The position numbers were made by a program, and so were the translations under genes. This document shows positions 48,996 through 57,689 of a stretch of DNA of 64,000 bases, one piece after another. The notes under the pieces are model-generated. The model saw nothing but the letters and a program-made list of their open reading frames with translations, made no database searches and had not been told where the DNA came from. The first letter of the stretch is position 1. Each line of letters opens with the position of its first letter. The DNA is from Actinomycetota bacterium (GTDB taxonomy: Bacteria > Actinomycetota > Actinomycetes > S36-B12 > UBA5976): contig JBEEND010000001.1 of assembly GCA_041192345.1 (NCBI GenBank), positions 87,068 through 151,067 on the forward strand, in the 5' to 3' direction.

Positions 48996-50129
48996 TTACT
49001 TGGTCAGCTGCGCGATGACGAAATCGATGCACTTAAGTAATTGCCGAACATCATTTGGCTCAACTGCGGGAAATACCGAAATTCGAAGTTGGTTACGACC
49101 AAGTTTTCGATACGGCTCGGTGTCCACAACGCCATTTGCGCGCAAGACTTTAGCAACGGATTCAGCATCAATTGACTCGTCAAAATCTATTGTGGCAACA
49201 ACTTGGGAACGCTTAGCTGGATCGACCACAAATGGGGTGGCATGCACGCTGGCAGTAGCCCAGTCATAGATCGCATCTGATGATTCCTTAGTGCGAGAAA
49301 CGCACCAAGTTAAACCGCCATTGGCGTTAAACCATTTAACTTGTTCATTCATCATCATAATCGTGGCAACTGCTGGGGTGTTGTAAGTCTGATCCAATCG
49401 AGAGTTTTCAATGGCAGTGACTAAATCCAAGAAAGCCGGAATGTAGCGACCCGATGCTTTGATCTCTTCGGCGCGCGCAATTGCAGCCGGCGACATAATT
49501 GCAATGAATAAGCCGCCATCAGATGCGAAACATTTTTGTGGACTGAAGTAATAAACATCGACTACAGATAAATCAACGGGTAAGCCGCCAGCCCCAGATG
49601 TGGCATCAATTAGAACTAACGCATCCGCGTCAGCACCGTTTGGTCGAACTGGTGGGATTGCCACACCAGTTGAAGTTTCGTTGTGTGGGGTGCAATACGC
49701 ATCAATTCCAGCAAGCGGCGCAAACGCTGGCGCGTCACCAGGTTCAGATTTGATTACTGATTGCTCACCTAGAAATGGCGCATCAGTTGCACACTTTGCA
49801 AACTTGGCACCGAATTCGCCGAATGTCAGGAACTGTGCGCGATCCCGGATTAATCCAAAAGTTGCGATATCCCAAAATGCCGTGGTGCCACCATTACCAA
49901 TAACAACTTCGTAACCAGTTGGAATTGAAAACATTTCGGCAAGACCCGCGCGCATCTGCGCAACTTCATTTTTAACAGGTGCTTGGCGATGACTCGTGCC
50001 AAGAATTTTATTAGATTTAGCAACCAGCGCCTTTAGTTGTTCTGGGCGAACTTTGGATGGCCCAGCGCCAAACCTGCCATCAATGGGCAAAAGGTCAGCA
50101 GGAATCACGATTTCGGGGAAGTTAGCCAT
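48996..50129 (-). CDS. serC: phosphoserine aminotransferase, actinobacterial type
   Basis: N-terminus IPADLLPIDGRFGAGPSKVRPEQL and the PLP-lysine context YYFSPQKCFASDGG match the mycobacterial-type SerC. Confidence 0.85.
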   Translation of the reverse strand: MANFPEIVIPADLLPIDGRFGAGPSKVRPEQLKALVAKSNKILGTSHRQAPVKNEVAQMRAGLAEMFSIPTGYEVVIGNGGTTAFWDIATFGLIRDRAQFLTFGEFGAKFAKCATDAPFLGEQSVIKSEPGDAPAFAPLAGIDAYCTPHNETSTGVAIPPVRPNGADADALVLIDATSGAGGLPVDLSVVDVYYFSPQKCFASDGGLFIAIMSPAAIARAEEIKASGRYIPAFLDLVTAIENSRLDQTYNTPAVATIMMMNEQVKWFNANGGLTWCVSRTKESSDAIYDWATASVHATPFVVDPAKRSQVVATIDFDESIDAESVAKVLRANGVVDTEPYRKLGRNQLRISVFPAVEPNDVRQLLKCIDFVIAQLTK

Positions 50130-50232
50130 GCGCCAAGTTTAGATGAGATCAGGCAAAGCGCGCTGCCAAGGATTCGCAACAGCACAAGCGCCTCTTGAAA
50201 AAAGAAAATTGAGTCGCCTTACACTAAAAGCT

Positions 50233-50955
50233 ATGTATGGAAATCTTGGTCGCATCGGAGTGATCACACTTGCTACCGATACAAGCGTGCATCCGGAAAT
50301 TCAACGCTTAATGCCTGCTGGTGTTCACACATATCCCGCGCCTATTTTGTTACCCCGCGGTGAAGTGGACGCGCAAGCTCTGGCGGAAATGCTGGAAACT
50401 GACTCGCTGGAAAATGCAGCATCAATTCTGACTTGGACAGGTGCCAAAACTATTTTGTTTGCTTGCACGACAGGCAGCTTGGTGCATGGTCTGGGCTGGG
50501 ATAAGCAACTTGTTGATCGTGTTACAAAAGCATCTGGCCTTTCAGCGACCACGACCGCAACTGCAGTACTGCGAGCCTTTAAGGCTTTGAAGGTAACCAA
50601 ACTCGCAGTAGTAACGCCATACATCGATGAACTAAATCAAATTGAAAAAAGTTTTTTTGAAGACAGCGGATTCGCGGTTAAAGACATAGTTGGTCTTGGT
50701 TTAACGACTGATCCAGAAATTGGCGACCTGTATCCAAGTGACGCCCTTGCTAACATCGAAAAAATCTTTGATGAATCTTGTGATGGGATTTTTATTTCTT
50801 GCACAGATTGGCACATTGTTGAGTTAGTCCCAGAATTAGAAGCTAAGTACGGTGTTCCGGTGATTACAAGTAACTTAGCTGGCGCCTGGTCAGTACTTCG
50901 GGAAATCGGTTACAGCACACCACAGCCTGAAAATGGTCGACTTTTTACGGTTTAG
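50233..50955 (+). CDS. maleate isomerase / arylmalonate decarboxylase-like protein (Asp/Glu racemase superfamily)
   Basis: GRIGVITLATDTSVHPE, Cys contexts ILFACTTGS and IFISCTDW. ATG 50233 was chosen because the track extension has no support. Confidence 0.6.
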   Translation: MYGNLGRIGVITLATDTSVHPEIQRLMPAGVHTYPAPILLPRGEVDAQALAEMLETDSLENAASILTWTGAKTILFACTTGSLVHGLGWDKQLVDRVTKASGLSATTTATAVLRAFKALKVTKLAVVTPYIDELNQIEKSFFEDSGFAVKDIVGLGLTTDPEIGDLYPSDALANIEKIFDESCDGIFISCTDWHIVELVPELEAKYGVPVITSNLAGAWSVLREIGYSTPQPENGRLFTV

Positions 50956-50971
50956 GTTTAACACCAAAAGC

Positions 50972-51658
50972 TCAAGGTGAAAGTCGAATAACTTTCCAAG
51001 CAGTTGGATCAGAAAGATCACTTGAGTCGCCAGCTTTAACAAACCGCAACCGGTCGTGCAAACGCGAACGTCGACCTTGCCAAAATTCAATTGTTGAAAC
51101 TGTGATTAAGTAACCGCCCCAAACATCCGGCAGAGGCACGTGTGTGCCTTCGGGATATTGCGCTTCAAGTTCGGCCATCCGAGTTTCTAAAACTTCGCGA
51201 GAATCAATTACCAAAGACTGCGCGCTGACTATTGCGCCAAGCTTTGATCCATGCGGACGCGTCTCAAAGTAAGCGCCAGATTCCTCGCGCGAGACTTTTG
51301 TGGCTGTGCCCACTACATTTACTTGACGATGCAATGGATACCAAGGAAATGTAATGCTGACTTGGGAGTTAGCAGCAATTGCATCTGCTTTAGTTGAGCC
51401 ATAGTTAGTGTAAAAAGTTAGACCGCGGGCGTCAACACCTTTTAATAAAACCGAACGCGTCGATATCACATCATCAGCATTACGAACTGCAATAACCATT
51501 GCATTTGGTTCAATCAATTCATCTTTTCCAACAGCGACAGCCTCGCTTAGCCACTTAGTGAATTGCGCCAGCGGATTGCTGGCAAGATCCGTTTCGTTTA
51601 ATTGATCTTTGTCGTAGCTGATGCGCATGTCGGCTGGGTTTGGCGTATCGATACTCAT
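50972..51658 (-). CDS. pdxH: pyridoxamine 5'-phosphate oxidase
   Basis: N-terminus MRISYDKDQLNETDLASNPLAQFTKWL and the C-terminal EFWQGRRSRLHDRLRF...RLSP are characteristic of PdxH. Confidence 0.9.
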   Translation of the reverse strand: MSIDTPNPADMRISYDKDQLNETDLASNPLAQFTKWLSEAVAVGKDELIEPNAMVIAVRNADDVISTRSVLLKGVDARGLTFYTNYGSTKADAIAANSQVSITFPWYPLHRQVNVVGTATKVSREESGAYFETRPHGSKLGAIVSAQSLVIDSREVLETRMAELEAQYPEGTHVPLPDVWGGYLITVSTIEFWQGRRSRLHDRLRFVKAGDSSDLSDPTAWKVIRLSP

Positions 51659-51728
51659 GACTCAATTCTGGCGCAGATTGTCTGGGCCTGCGAGTGGTTA
51701 GAGTTGACCGGTTTGTGAGTTCAGGCAC

Positions 51729-53000
51729 GTGCTGTGCCAGAGTGTGAGTGTGCCCAAGCTGTTACTTGACTTAACGCCGCTTCGGCAAATCCCCGCATAT
51801 CGCAGACTTTTCACTGCGGTCTCAATAAGTAACATTGGCCAACAAATGGCTGCTGTCGCTGTTGGCATTCAGGTTTATGACATCACCAAATCTTCCTTTG
51901 CCGTTGGGATGGTTGGGCTATCCCAATTGCTGCCACTTATTTTGCTTGGGTTATTTGGTGGGGCAATGTCTGATTCCTACGACCGGCGAATGATTGGTTT
52001 TATTTCCGCAGTCGGTATGGCTGGCTCAAGTGTTTTGCTTTTAATCCAAGCCGTCCAAGATAACCAACAAGTATGGCCGCTGTACTTATTCGTTGCGATG
52101 TCATCTGGGTTTTATGCCATTGGAAATCCAGCGCGGCAAGCAATAATCCCGCGGATAGTTCCAACTGATCAATTGCAAGCAGCTAATTCACTTTCATTTT
52201 TAACTTGGAATATTGGATTCACTCTTGGTCCGTTACTTGGTGGCGCATTAATTGGTTTAACCGGGGATGTTGCTGTGGCATACGCAGTAGATGCCTTGGC
52301 GTTCACAGTGATGATGTGGGCCATGTGGACACTTCCAAAACTGCCACCGATGGCAGGCGCTCCAGCAAGACCAGATCTATCCAGCGTCAAAGAGGGTTTG
52401 AGATTTCTAAAAGGGAAACGAAATATTCAAACTACTTTCTATTTAGATCTGGCTGCCATGATCTTTGGCATGCCTCGTGCGTTATTTCCAGCGATCGCTT
52501 TGCTTTGGTATGGCGACTCGGCAGTTTCAACCGCATACATAGTTGGTTTGTTAACCGCCGCCCCAGCATTTGGCGCAGCGCTGTCCGCAATCTTTAGTGG
52601 ACCACTGCAACGTATCTACATGCACGGAACTGCGATTGTCTGGTCAATTGTTGGTTGGGGCGCAGCGATAACCGCTTTTGGTTTCACGCGCAATCTTTAT
52701 CTCGCGCTATTCTTTCTGGCGGTGGCAGGGGCTGCAGATAACATCAGTGCAATATTTAGAACCACAATGTTGCAGGTCGTGATTCCAGATGAATACCGCG
52801 GACGCTTACAGGGACTTTTCACAGTCGTAGTTGCTGGCGGTCCACGTCTTGGCGACTTTGAGGCGGGAAGTGTTGCAGCAGTGGGTGGCGAAGAGTTCTC
52901 GGTGGTTAGTGGCGGCCTAGCGTGCATTGTTTTCACTTACGCAATAGTCAGATGGCACAAACCATTTATGAAGTATGACTCGCGTGCACCGGTTGCTTAA
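51729..53000 (+). CDS. MFS transporter (EntS/DUF894-like)
   Basis: 423 aa, polytopic, with an N-terminal LDLTPLRQIPAYRRLF pattern. Start is GTG. Confidence 0.7.
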   Translation: MLCQSVSVPKLLLDLTPLRQIPAYRRLFTAVSISNIGQQMAAVAVGIQVYDITKSSFAVGMVGLSQLLPLILLGLFGGAMSDSYDRRMIGFISAVGMAGSSVLLLIQAVQDNQQVWPLYLFVAMSSGFYAIGNPARQAIIPRIVPTDQLQAANSLSFLTWNIGFTLGPLLGGALIGLTGDVAVAYAVDALAFTVMMWAMWTLPKLPPMAGAPARPDLSSVKEGLRFLKGKRNIQTTFYLDLAAMIFGMPRALFPAIALLWYGDSAVSTAYIVGLLTAAPAFGAALSAIFSGPLQRIYMHGTAIVWSIVGWGAAITAFGFTRNLYLALFFLAVAGAADNISAIFRTTMLQVVIPDEYRGRLQGLFTVVVAGGPRLGDFEAGSVAAVGGEEFSVVSGGLACIVFTYAIVRWHKPFMKYDSRAPVA

Positions 53001-54494
53001 TTATTCAAAGTCGTGGATTAGTTGAGAATCCTCAGCTGATTTCTTGCCTGCTGATTTCTTGGCCGCAACCTTTTTAGCAGGCTTGGCTTTTACACCTTCA
53101 TCATCCGGGTTACCTGCGGCTTGCCCACCCTTAGGCAGTTTACTTAATCGATCCAAAGATTCAAGGCGTTCAGCTGCGTGATCCACGATTGGTTCTGGAT
53201 AGCCATGATCAAGTCCGCCTAAAACTTTCCATGGCTCATGGACTTCAACACCTGGAATGTGGGCAAGTTCTGGAATGTATTTGCGCACGTAATCCCCATT
53301 GGGATCAAACTTTGCCCCTTGTCCAAGCGGATTAAATACTCGGTAATAAGGGGAGGCATCTGTGCCACAACCTGCAGTCCATTGCCAGCCATGACTATTG
53401 CTGGCTAAATCGCCATCTAGTAACCATTCAAAGAAATAGTTTGCCCCTCGTTGCCATTCGATATGCAGATCCTTGAGCAGAAATGAAGCAACCACCATGC
53501 GAACTCGGTTATGCATCCAGCCTTCAGTTCGAAGCTGGCGCATTCCAGCATCAACGAATGGATAGCCAGTTAGCCCTTGACACCAAGCAGCAAACTTTTC
53601 ATCAGCAGCTTTTCCAGTGTCGTACTTCATCTGGGCATAAAGCGGGTTGAAGTATTCCGTAATTGTCTCTGGACGCTGGAAAGCAATCTCGGCATAGAAC
53701 TCACGCCAAGCAATTTCTTTGCGAAAAACTTCATGCCCCGAACTATCGCCAAGACGGGCAAGTAATGTGCGGGGATGAATCTCGCCCCACTTGAGCGCGA
53801 TACTCAATTTTGAGGTGCCAGCTAAATCTGGCCGATTGCGATCATCGGAATAGTTCTCAATTGGTCCAGCTAAGAAAGTTTCAAATAATTCCAGCGCTGC
53901 CGCTTCGCCCGCAGTCGGAATCAAAACGCCTTGGGTATCCGGACGTGGCGGGTAACCATCGCAAGTCTGTGCGCCAATCCAATTTGGCCACTTGGCTGGA
54001 TCCGCAGCAGGTGCGCGCCAACCATGTATTAACCAGCGCTTATAAAACGGGGTATAGACCTTGTAATAAGTCGCGTCATCTTTAGTCACTCGCCCTGGCG
54101 CCACCGCATAACCCGAACCTGTTTTCACAAAATCAATTCCAGATTTTTCCAGGGTTGCGCCGATCTCGTTGTCGCGGGCAATTCCGTAGCCCGAATAATC
54201 CGCAGCGCAGTGCACCGAGGTCGCTTGGAACTCTTTGGCGATAGCAGGAATCACATCTTGAGCTTTGCCATGGCGGATAACTAAGTTGCCACCAAGTGAG
54301 GCATCCAGGCTGGTTAGGGAATCTATCAAGTAAGCCTGCTTGGCCGGGCCCCAAGTTGGCCAGAGAGCGGGGTCAATTAAGACCACTGGCACCACATTGC
54401 CATCGCCAGCAGCCCAAGCCGCATCGGTTGCCGCAACTAGCGCAGGGTTGTCATGGATCCGAAGGTCTCGTCGAAACCACAACACGCTCGTCAT
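53001..54494 (-). CDS. phr: deoxyribodipyrimidine photolyase / cryptochrome family with Lys/Ala-rich C-terminal tail
   Basis: N-terminus LWFRRDLRIHDNPAL, FAD-binding region TGYPFVDAGMRQL...WMHNRVRM...GWQW. Tail is VKAKPAKKVAAKKSAGKKSA. Confidence 0.9.
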   Translation of the reverse strand: MTSVLWFRRDLRIHDNPALVAATDAAWAAGDGNVVPVVLIDPALWPTWGPAKQAYLIDSLTSLDASLGGNLVIRHGKAQDVIPAIAKEFQATSVHCAADYSGYGIARDNEIGATLEKSGIDFVKTGSGYAVAPGRVTKDDATYYKVYTPFYKRWLIHGWRAPAADPAKWPNWIGAQTCDGYPPRPDTQGVLIPTAGEAAALELFETFLAGPIENYSDDRNRPDLAGTSKLSIALKWGEIHPRTLLARLGDSSGHEVFRKEIAWREFYAEIAFQRPETITEYFNPLYAQMKYDTGKAADEKFAAWCQGLTGYPFVDAGMRQLRTEGWMHNRVRMVVASFLLKDLHIEWQRGANYFFEWLLDGDLASNSHGWQWTAGCGTDASPYYRVFNPLGQGAKFDPNGDYVRKYIPELAHIPGVEVHEPWKVLGGLDHGYPEPIVDHAAERLESLDRLSKLPKGGQAAGNPDDEGVKAKPAKKVAAKKSAGKKSAEDSQLIHDFE

Positions 54495-54559
54495 GTCCCC
54501 AAGTTATAGCCAGGCCTTGACTCCCGCATAACCGCTACGCAGACTTTAATTCCCTCCAC

Positions 54560-54597
54560 TTGACTAATACTAGATTTCGCTCTAAATTTAGAGCGAA
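54560..54597 (+). promoter_or_regulatory. toxin-antitoxin promoter with overlapping palindromic operator
   Basis: TTGACT (54560-54565), a 17-nt spacer, then TAAATT (54583-54588). A perfect 22-bp palindrome TTCGCTCTAAATTTAGAGCGAA (54576-54597) covers the -10. AGGAGG RBS at 54601. Confidence 0.65.
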
Positions 54598-54611
54598 GAG
54601 AGGAGGAAACT

Positions 54612-54869
54612 ATGGATGCAGTACTAACTAAAGTCACCACGAGTATCAGTGAATTCAAAAAGAATCCAAACGAATTAGTCGCAAAAGCTGGAAATCAAGC
54701 GTTCGCTGTACTTACCAACAACAAACCAACGTTCTATGTCGTGCCGCCGGAACTTTTTGATGAAATCGCCGAAATTCTTTGGGAACGCGAAATCGCGCCG
54801 GTCATTTTGGAGCGCATTAAGAACTATGACAAGGCCATCCCGGTAACACTTGAAGAGCTAATGCTTTGA
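54612..54869 (+). CDS. type II antitoxin, Phd/YefM/StbD family
   Basis: 85 aa. The pattern SISEFKKNPNELVAKAGNQAFAVLTNNKPTFYVVPPELFDEI is typical of Phd/YefM-fold antitoxins. It overlaps the toxin gene by 4 nt. Confidence 0.8.
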   Translation: MDAVLTKVTTSISEFKKNPNELVAKAGNQAFAVLTNNKPTFYVVPPELFDEIAEILWEREIAPVILERIKNYDKAIPVTLEELML

Positions 54870-55165
54870 GTTACAAACTTAAATTTGACGCAAAGGCTCT
54901 CAAGGAATGGGAGGCATTGGATCATGGAATTCGTTCTAGGTGCCTGAAAATACTTGCAAGGAGACTTGAACATCCGCACGTGATCTCAGACTCCCTTTCG
55001 GGAGAACTCGCCGGCTGCTACAAGATCAGGCTGGGTGAATCGGGACATCGACTTGTTTACCTGATTAAAGAAAGTGACCAAGTCCTATTCATTTTGAGCA
55101 TTGGAAAACGTGCCGACAAAGCTGCCTACCGAGCAGCGATCCTTCGAATCCTTGATTCTGAGTAG
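54866..55165 (+). CDS. type II toxin, RelE/StbE (ParE superfamily)
   Basis: 99 aa with a TTG start. (M)SYKLKFDAKALKEWEALD and GCYKIRLGESGHRLVY...ILSIGKR match the RelE/StbE pattern. Confidence 0.8.
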   Translation: MSYKLKFDAKALKEWEALDHGIRSRCLKILARRLEHPHVISDSLSGELAGCYKIRLGESGHRLVYLIKESDQVLFILSIGKRADKAAYRAAILRILDSE

Positions 55166-55354
55166 CAAAATATCCAAAATCGGCGTGTCGCCGACTGGGG
55201 TATATGTCACATGAATCGGACCACATAGTGGGACCAGAGTTGGAAAACCCACTGTTTACGTTGAGTTATCCACAGGCTAGAGCGACACTAAAAATTAATC
55301 AACTTGTCAAAAAGGCTTATAAATAAACAAAAGGTAAACTTATAGAGTCGATTC

Positions 55355-55535
55355 CACCCGGAACCGATCCTTGCAGGGCGCCAAGTCTCACCACCTGCCA
55401 AGGGAAATAAATCTCTGGTGAGTGTGGGGGAACCACAGGTAAGTGGTCTGAATCAGACCTTGGGGTTAAGTCAGGAAACTGACCGGCTGCCTTCCCAGAG
55501 CCGCACCCGACAGCTCACCCCACCGGCGCTGGGAG
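55355..55535 (+). promoter_or_regulatory. ydaO/yuaA-class (cyclic-di-AMP) riboswitch in the leader of the NlpC/P60 hydrolase gene
   Basis: Three conserved cores are present: GGGGGAACCAC (55426-55436), TTGGGGTTAAGTC (55460-55472) and CCGCACCCGACAGCTCACC (55501-55519). They closely match the ydaO cores as I recall them from characterised RNAs. CTCACCA/TGGTGAG pairing occurs at 55387-55393 and 55427-55433. The element ends at the GGGAG RBS (55531-55535). Confidence 0.8.
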
Positions 55536-55539
55536 TCAA

Positions 55540-57591
55540 ATGTCTAGTGCTAAGTCGCGCGGGTCAATCCAGCGCGTAATCTCACTGCCAAAGGGTCTTC
55601 TGGACCGCTTTGAAGCGCGCCTTGACTCTAGCCTGGATGCTGGTTTTAACCGTGCAGACGCCCTGCTAGAGCGTCAAATCCACTCTGTTAGGTATTCGCA
55701 ACGCAGCCTGACCAGTGGCCTAGCCAACACAGCCAGCGCCGCGGACCGAGTTTTAGACTCCCGCATTCCCCAATCTGCATCCTCAGCGCAGGCCGCCCAA
55801 AGATTTAGTCGCGGACTTGCCAGCATGGTGCAAGCTACCGACTCGGCCCTTGACAAAAGAATTTCCGATCAGGACTCCACAAAGCTCAAAACCTCAACGC
55901 AGCGCTTCGTTTCCACCGTCAAGAAACTTGAAGTCAGAGTCGATGCCAAGTTAACCAGCAATCTGCAGGCAGTTGACCGCGCAGTTTCCGTTTGCACTAA
56001 CGCTGCTGGTGGGTCATTGGCAGCCAGTGCGCGACTAGTGAAGCGGTTGGAAAACCAGACCCAGCGCAGTTTCCATCGCGCTGATCAGCGAATCACTAAT
56101 GCCTCAAATCGCATTACTCATATCCGGACTAAAACTGCAGGGCTGATTTACCGCAACACGGCCCGGCTAGATCAAGGAATCGAAACCAGTTTTAATCGAG
56201 TCGATACTGGCCTTAGCCAAGCAATCAAGCACGGTGTGCTTGCGACTAATTCCGCCGTCACTGCTATGCAGGCCACATCCCAATCTCTTGATGTTGCCAT
56301 TGCTAATTCAGTTTCCAGTTTTGACGCCAAGGTAACTCGTAGCGTTAACCAAGTTCAGGTCGCCACCGCAACAACACGAAACTTAGTTAATGCAAAAACC
56401 CTGGCTTTTGAACGTGTTATGGAACTTGGCATCTCGCGCATTGATTCAGGCATAGATCACGGAATCACATCTAGTCGCACTGCTAATCAATCCCTCGTCG
56501 CGCGAGCAAGCAGCGCTGACCTGCATTTGACGTCCCGCCTAGCTCGTATAGATCGCAGACTAAGTGGCGCTATCGCCAAGGTCGCCCTGACTTCTTCGCA
56601 AATCTCCGGTTATGCCACGCGCAATCTCACCAGCGCCGATACTCGTTTAACAACAGGTCTAAAAACTACCGATGCCGGCATCGATACCGCAGTAACAGCA
56701 ATCGTTTCGGTAGCATCCGCAACAGCGAACTTTGCCACACGAAGTGCGCAATTAACTGATGCCACCTTGTTGCGCGGTGTGACAAAGGTTGATCAGTGCG
56801 TTGAAGTTTTTGCGCGCCAAAGCAACAAGAAATCAAGTCATGTTGGCACACGCGTAGCGCCAGCACCCGCGTGGGTTGCGGCGGGCTTAGCCCTAGTCTT
56901 GGGAACTTTAGGAACGGTAACCAGCACATCGGTAATCACGGCTGAATCCGCTCCGATTGAAATTGACAACTCCGCACAGAGCGAAACCATGGCTGCAAAG
57001 ACGGTTGTTTCGCAGTACATGACGGTGCGCGAATCCTTTGCTGCTTTGCAAGCATCCCGCTCTCGCACCATTTCGACTTTAGAAACCGAAATTGCCCAAG
57101 CCCAGGTCAGAGCGCAAGAAACCACGATTGATGGAAATGCCGTTATTAACATTGCGAGCAAGTATGCCGGTGCTTCCTATGCTCGCGGTGGCACAACACC
57201 AAAGGGATTCGACTGCTCAGGTTTTACCACATACGTCTTCAGGCAAGTTGGTGTGTCACTTCCTCGCACATCTGGCGAACAAGCCGCTTGGGCAGATCGA
57301 GTTGCTGACTCAGATCGTCAAGTTGGCGACTTAATGTTCTGGTCAGATCGTGGCGGTGTGCATCACGTAGCTATCTATGCTGGCGATGGCCTGATGTGGG
57401 ATTCCCCGCGTCCAGGTCGCAGAGTTGGCAAGATCAGTATTTGGGGCGATCCGTTTTACGGTCGTGTCCCAGCCGCTGCAGTTAACAGCGATGCCATCGC
57501 AGAGGTTGCCGACAAGACAGCTGAACTAGAAGAAGTAATAGCCGATGTGCCACGACTTGAAATTACGGTTGACCCAACACCCGTTGACTAA
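55540..57591 (+). CDS. bitopic NlpC/P60 peptidoglycan hydrolase with long repetitive N-terminal domain
   Basis: The C-terminal NlpC/P60 domain has the catalytic Cys context GFDCSGFTTYVF and His context GGVHHVAIYAG. A single TM (WVAAGLALVLGTLGTVTSTSVI) lies at about aa 445-466, preceded by basic residues. The N-terminal roughly 440 aa have no signal peptide and carry degenerate [FL]xR[AVI]DxxL/I repeats. Confidence 0.8.
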   Translation: MSSAKSRGSIQRVISLPKGLLDRFEARLDSSLDAGFNRADALLERQIHSVRYSQRSLTSGLANTASAADRVLDSRIPQSASSAQAAQRFSRGLASMVQATDSALDKRISDQDSTKLKTSTQRFVSTVKKLEVRVDAKLTSNLQAVDRAVSVCTNAAGGSLAASARLVKRLENQTQRSFHRADQRITNASNRITHIRTKTAGLIYRNTARLDQGIETSFNRVDTGLSQAIKHGVLATNSAVTAMQATSQSLDVAIANSVSSFDAKVTRSVNQVQVATATTRNLVNAKTLAFERVMELGISRIDSGIDHGITSSRTANQSLVARASSADLHLTSRLARIDRRLSGAIAKVALTSSQISGYATRNLTSADTRLTTGLKTTDAGIDTAVTAIVSVASATANFATRSAQLTDATLLRGVTKVDQCVEVFARQSNKKSSHVGTRVAPAPAWVAAGLALVLGTLGTVTSTSVITAESAPIEIDNSAQSETMAAKTVVSQYMTVRESFAALQASRSRTISTLETEIAQAQVRAQETTIDGNAVINIASKYAGASYARGGTTPKGFDCSGFTTYVFRQVGVSLPRTSGEQAAWADRVADSDRQVGDLMFWSDRGGVHHVAIYAGDGLMWDSPRPGRRVGKISIWGDPFYGRVPAAAVNSDAIAEVADKTAELEEVIADVPRLEITVDPTPVD

Positions 57592-57689
57592 GTACCAACA
57601 TTAAGTTGCACCTAAAGCTAAAAAGCGTAAATATTCAGCTTATTTTTCGACAAAAAAATTGGATCAGCTGGATTCAATTCGCTAAATCT

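Noticed and set aside
57592-57689. Terminator between the NlpC/P60 gene and gmd (AAGCT-N17-AGCTT)
   Set aside because: The stem is only 5 bp with a 17-nt loop, which is too weak to report as a feature.
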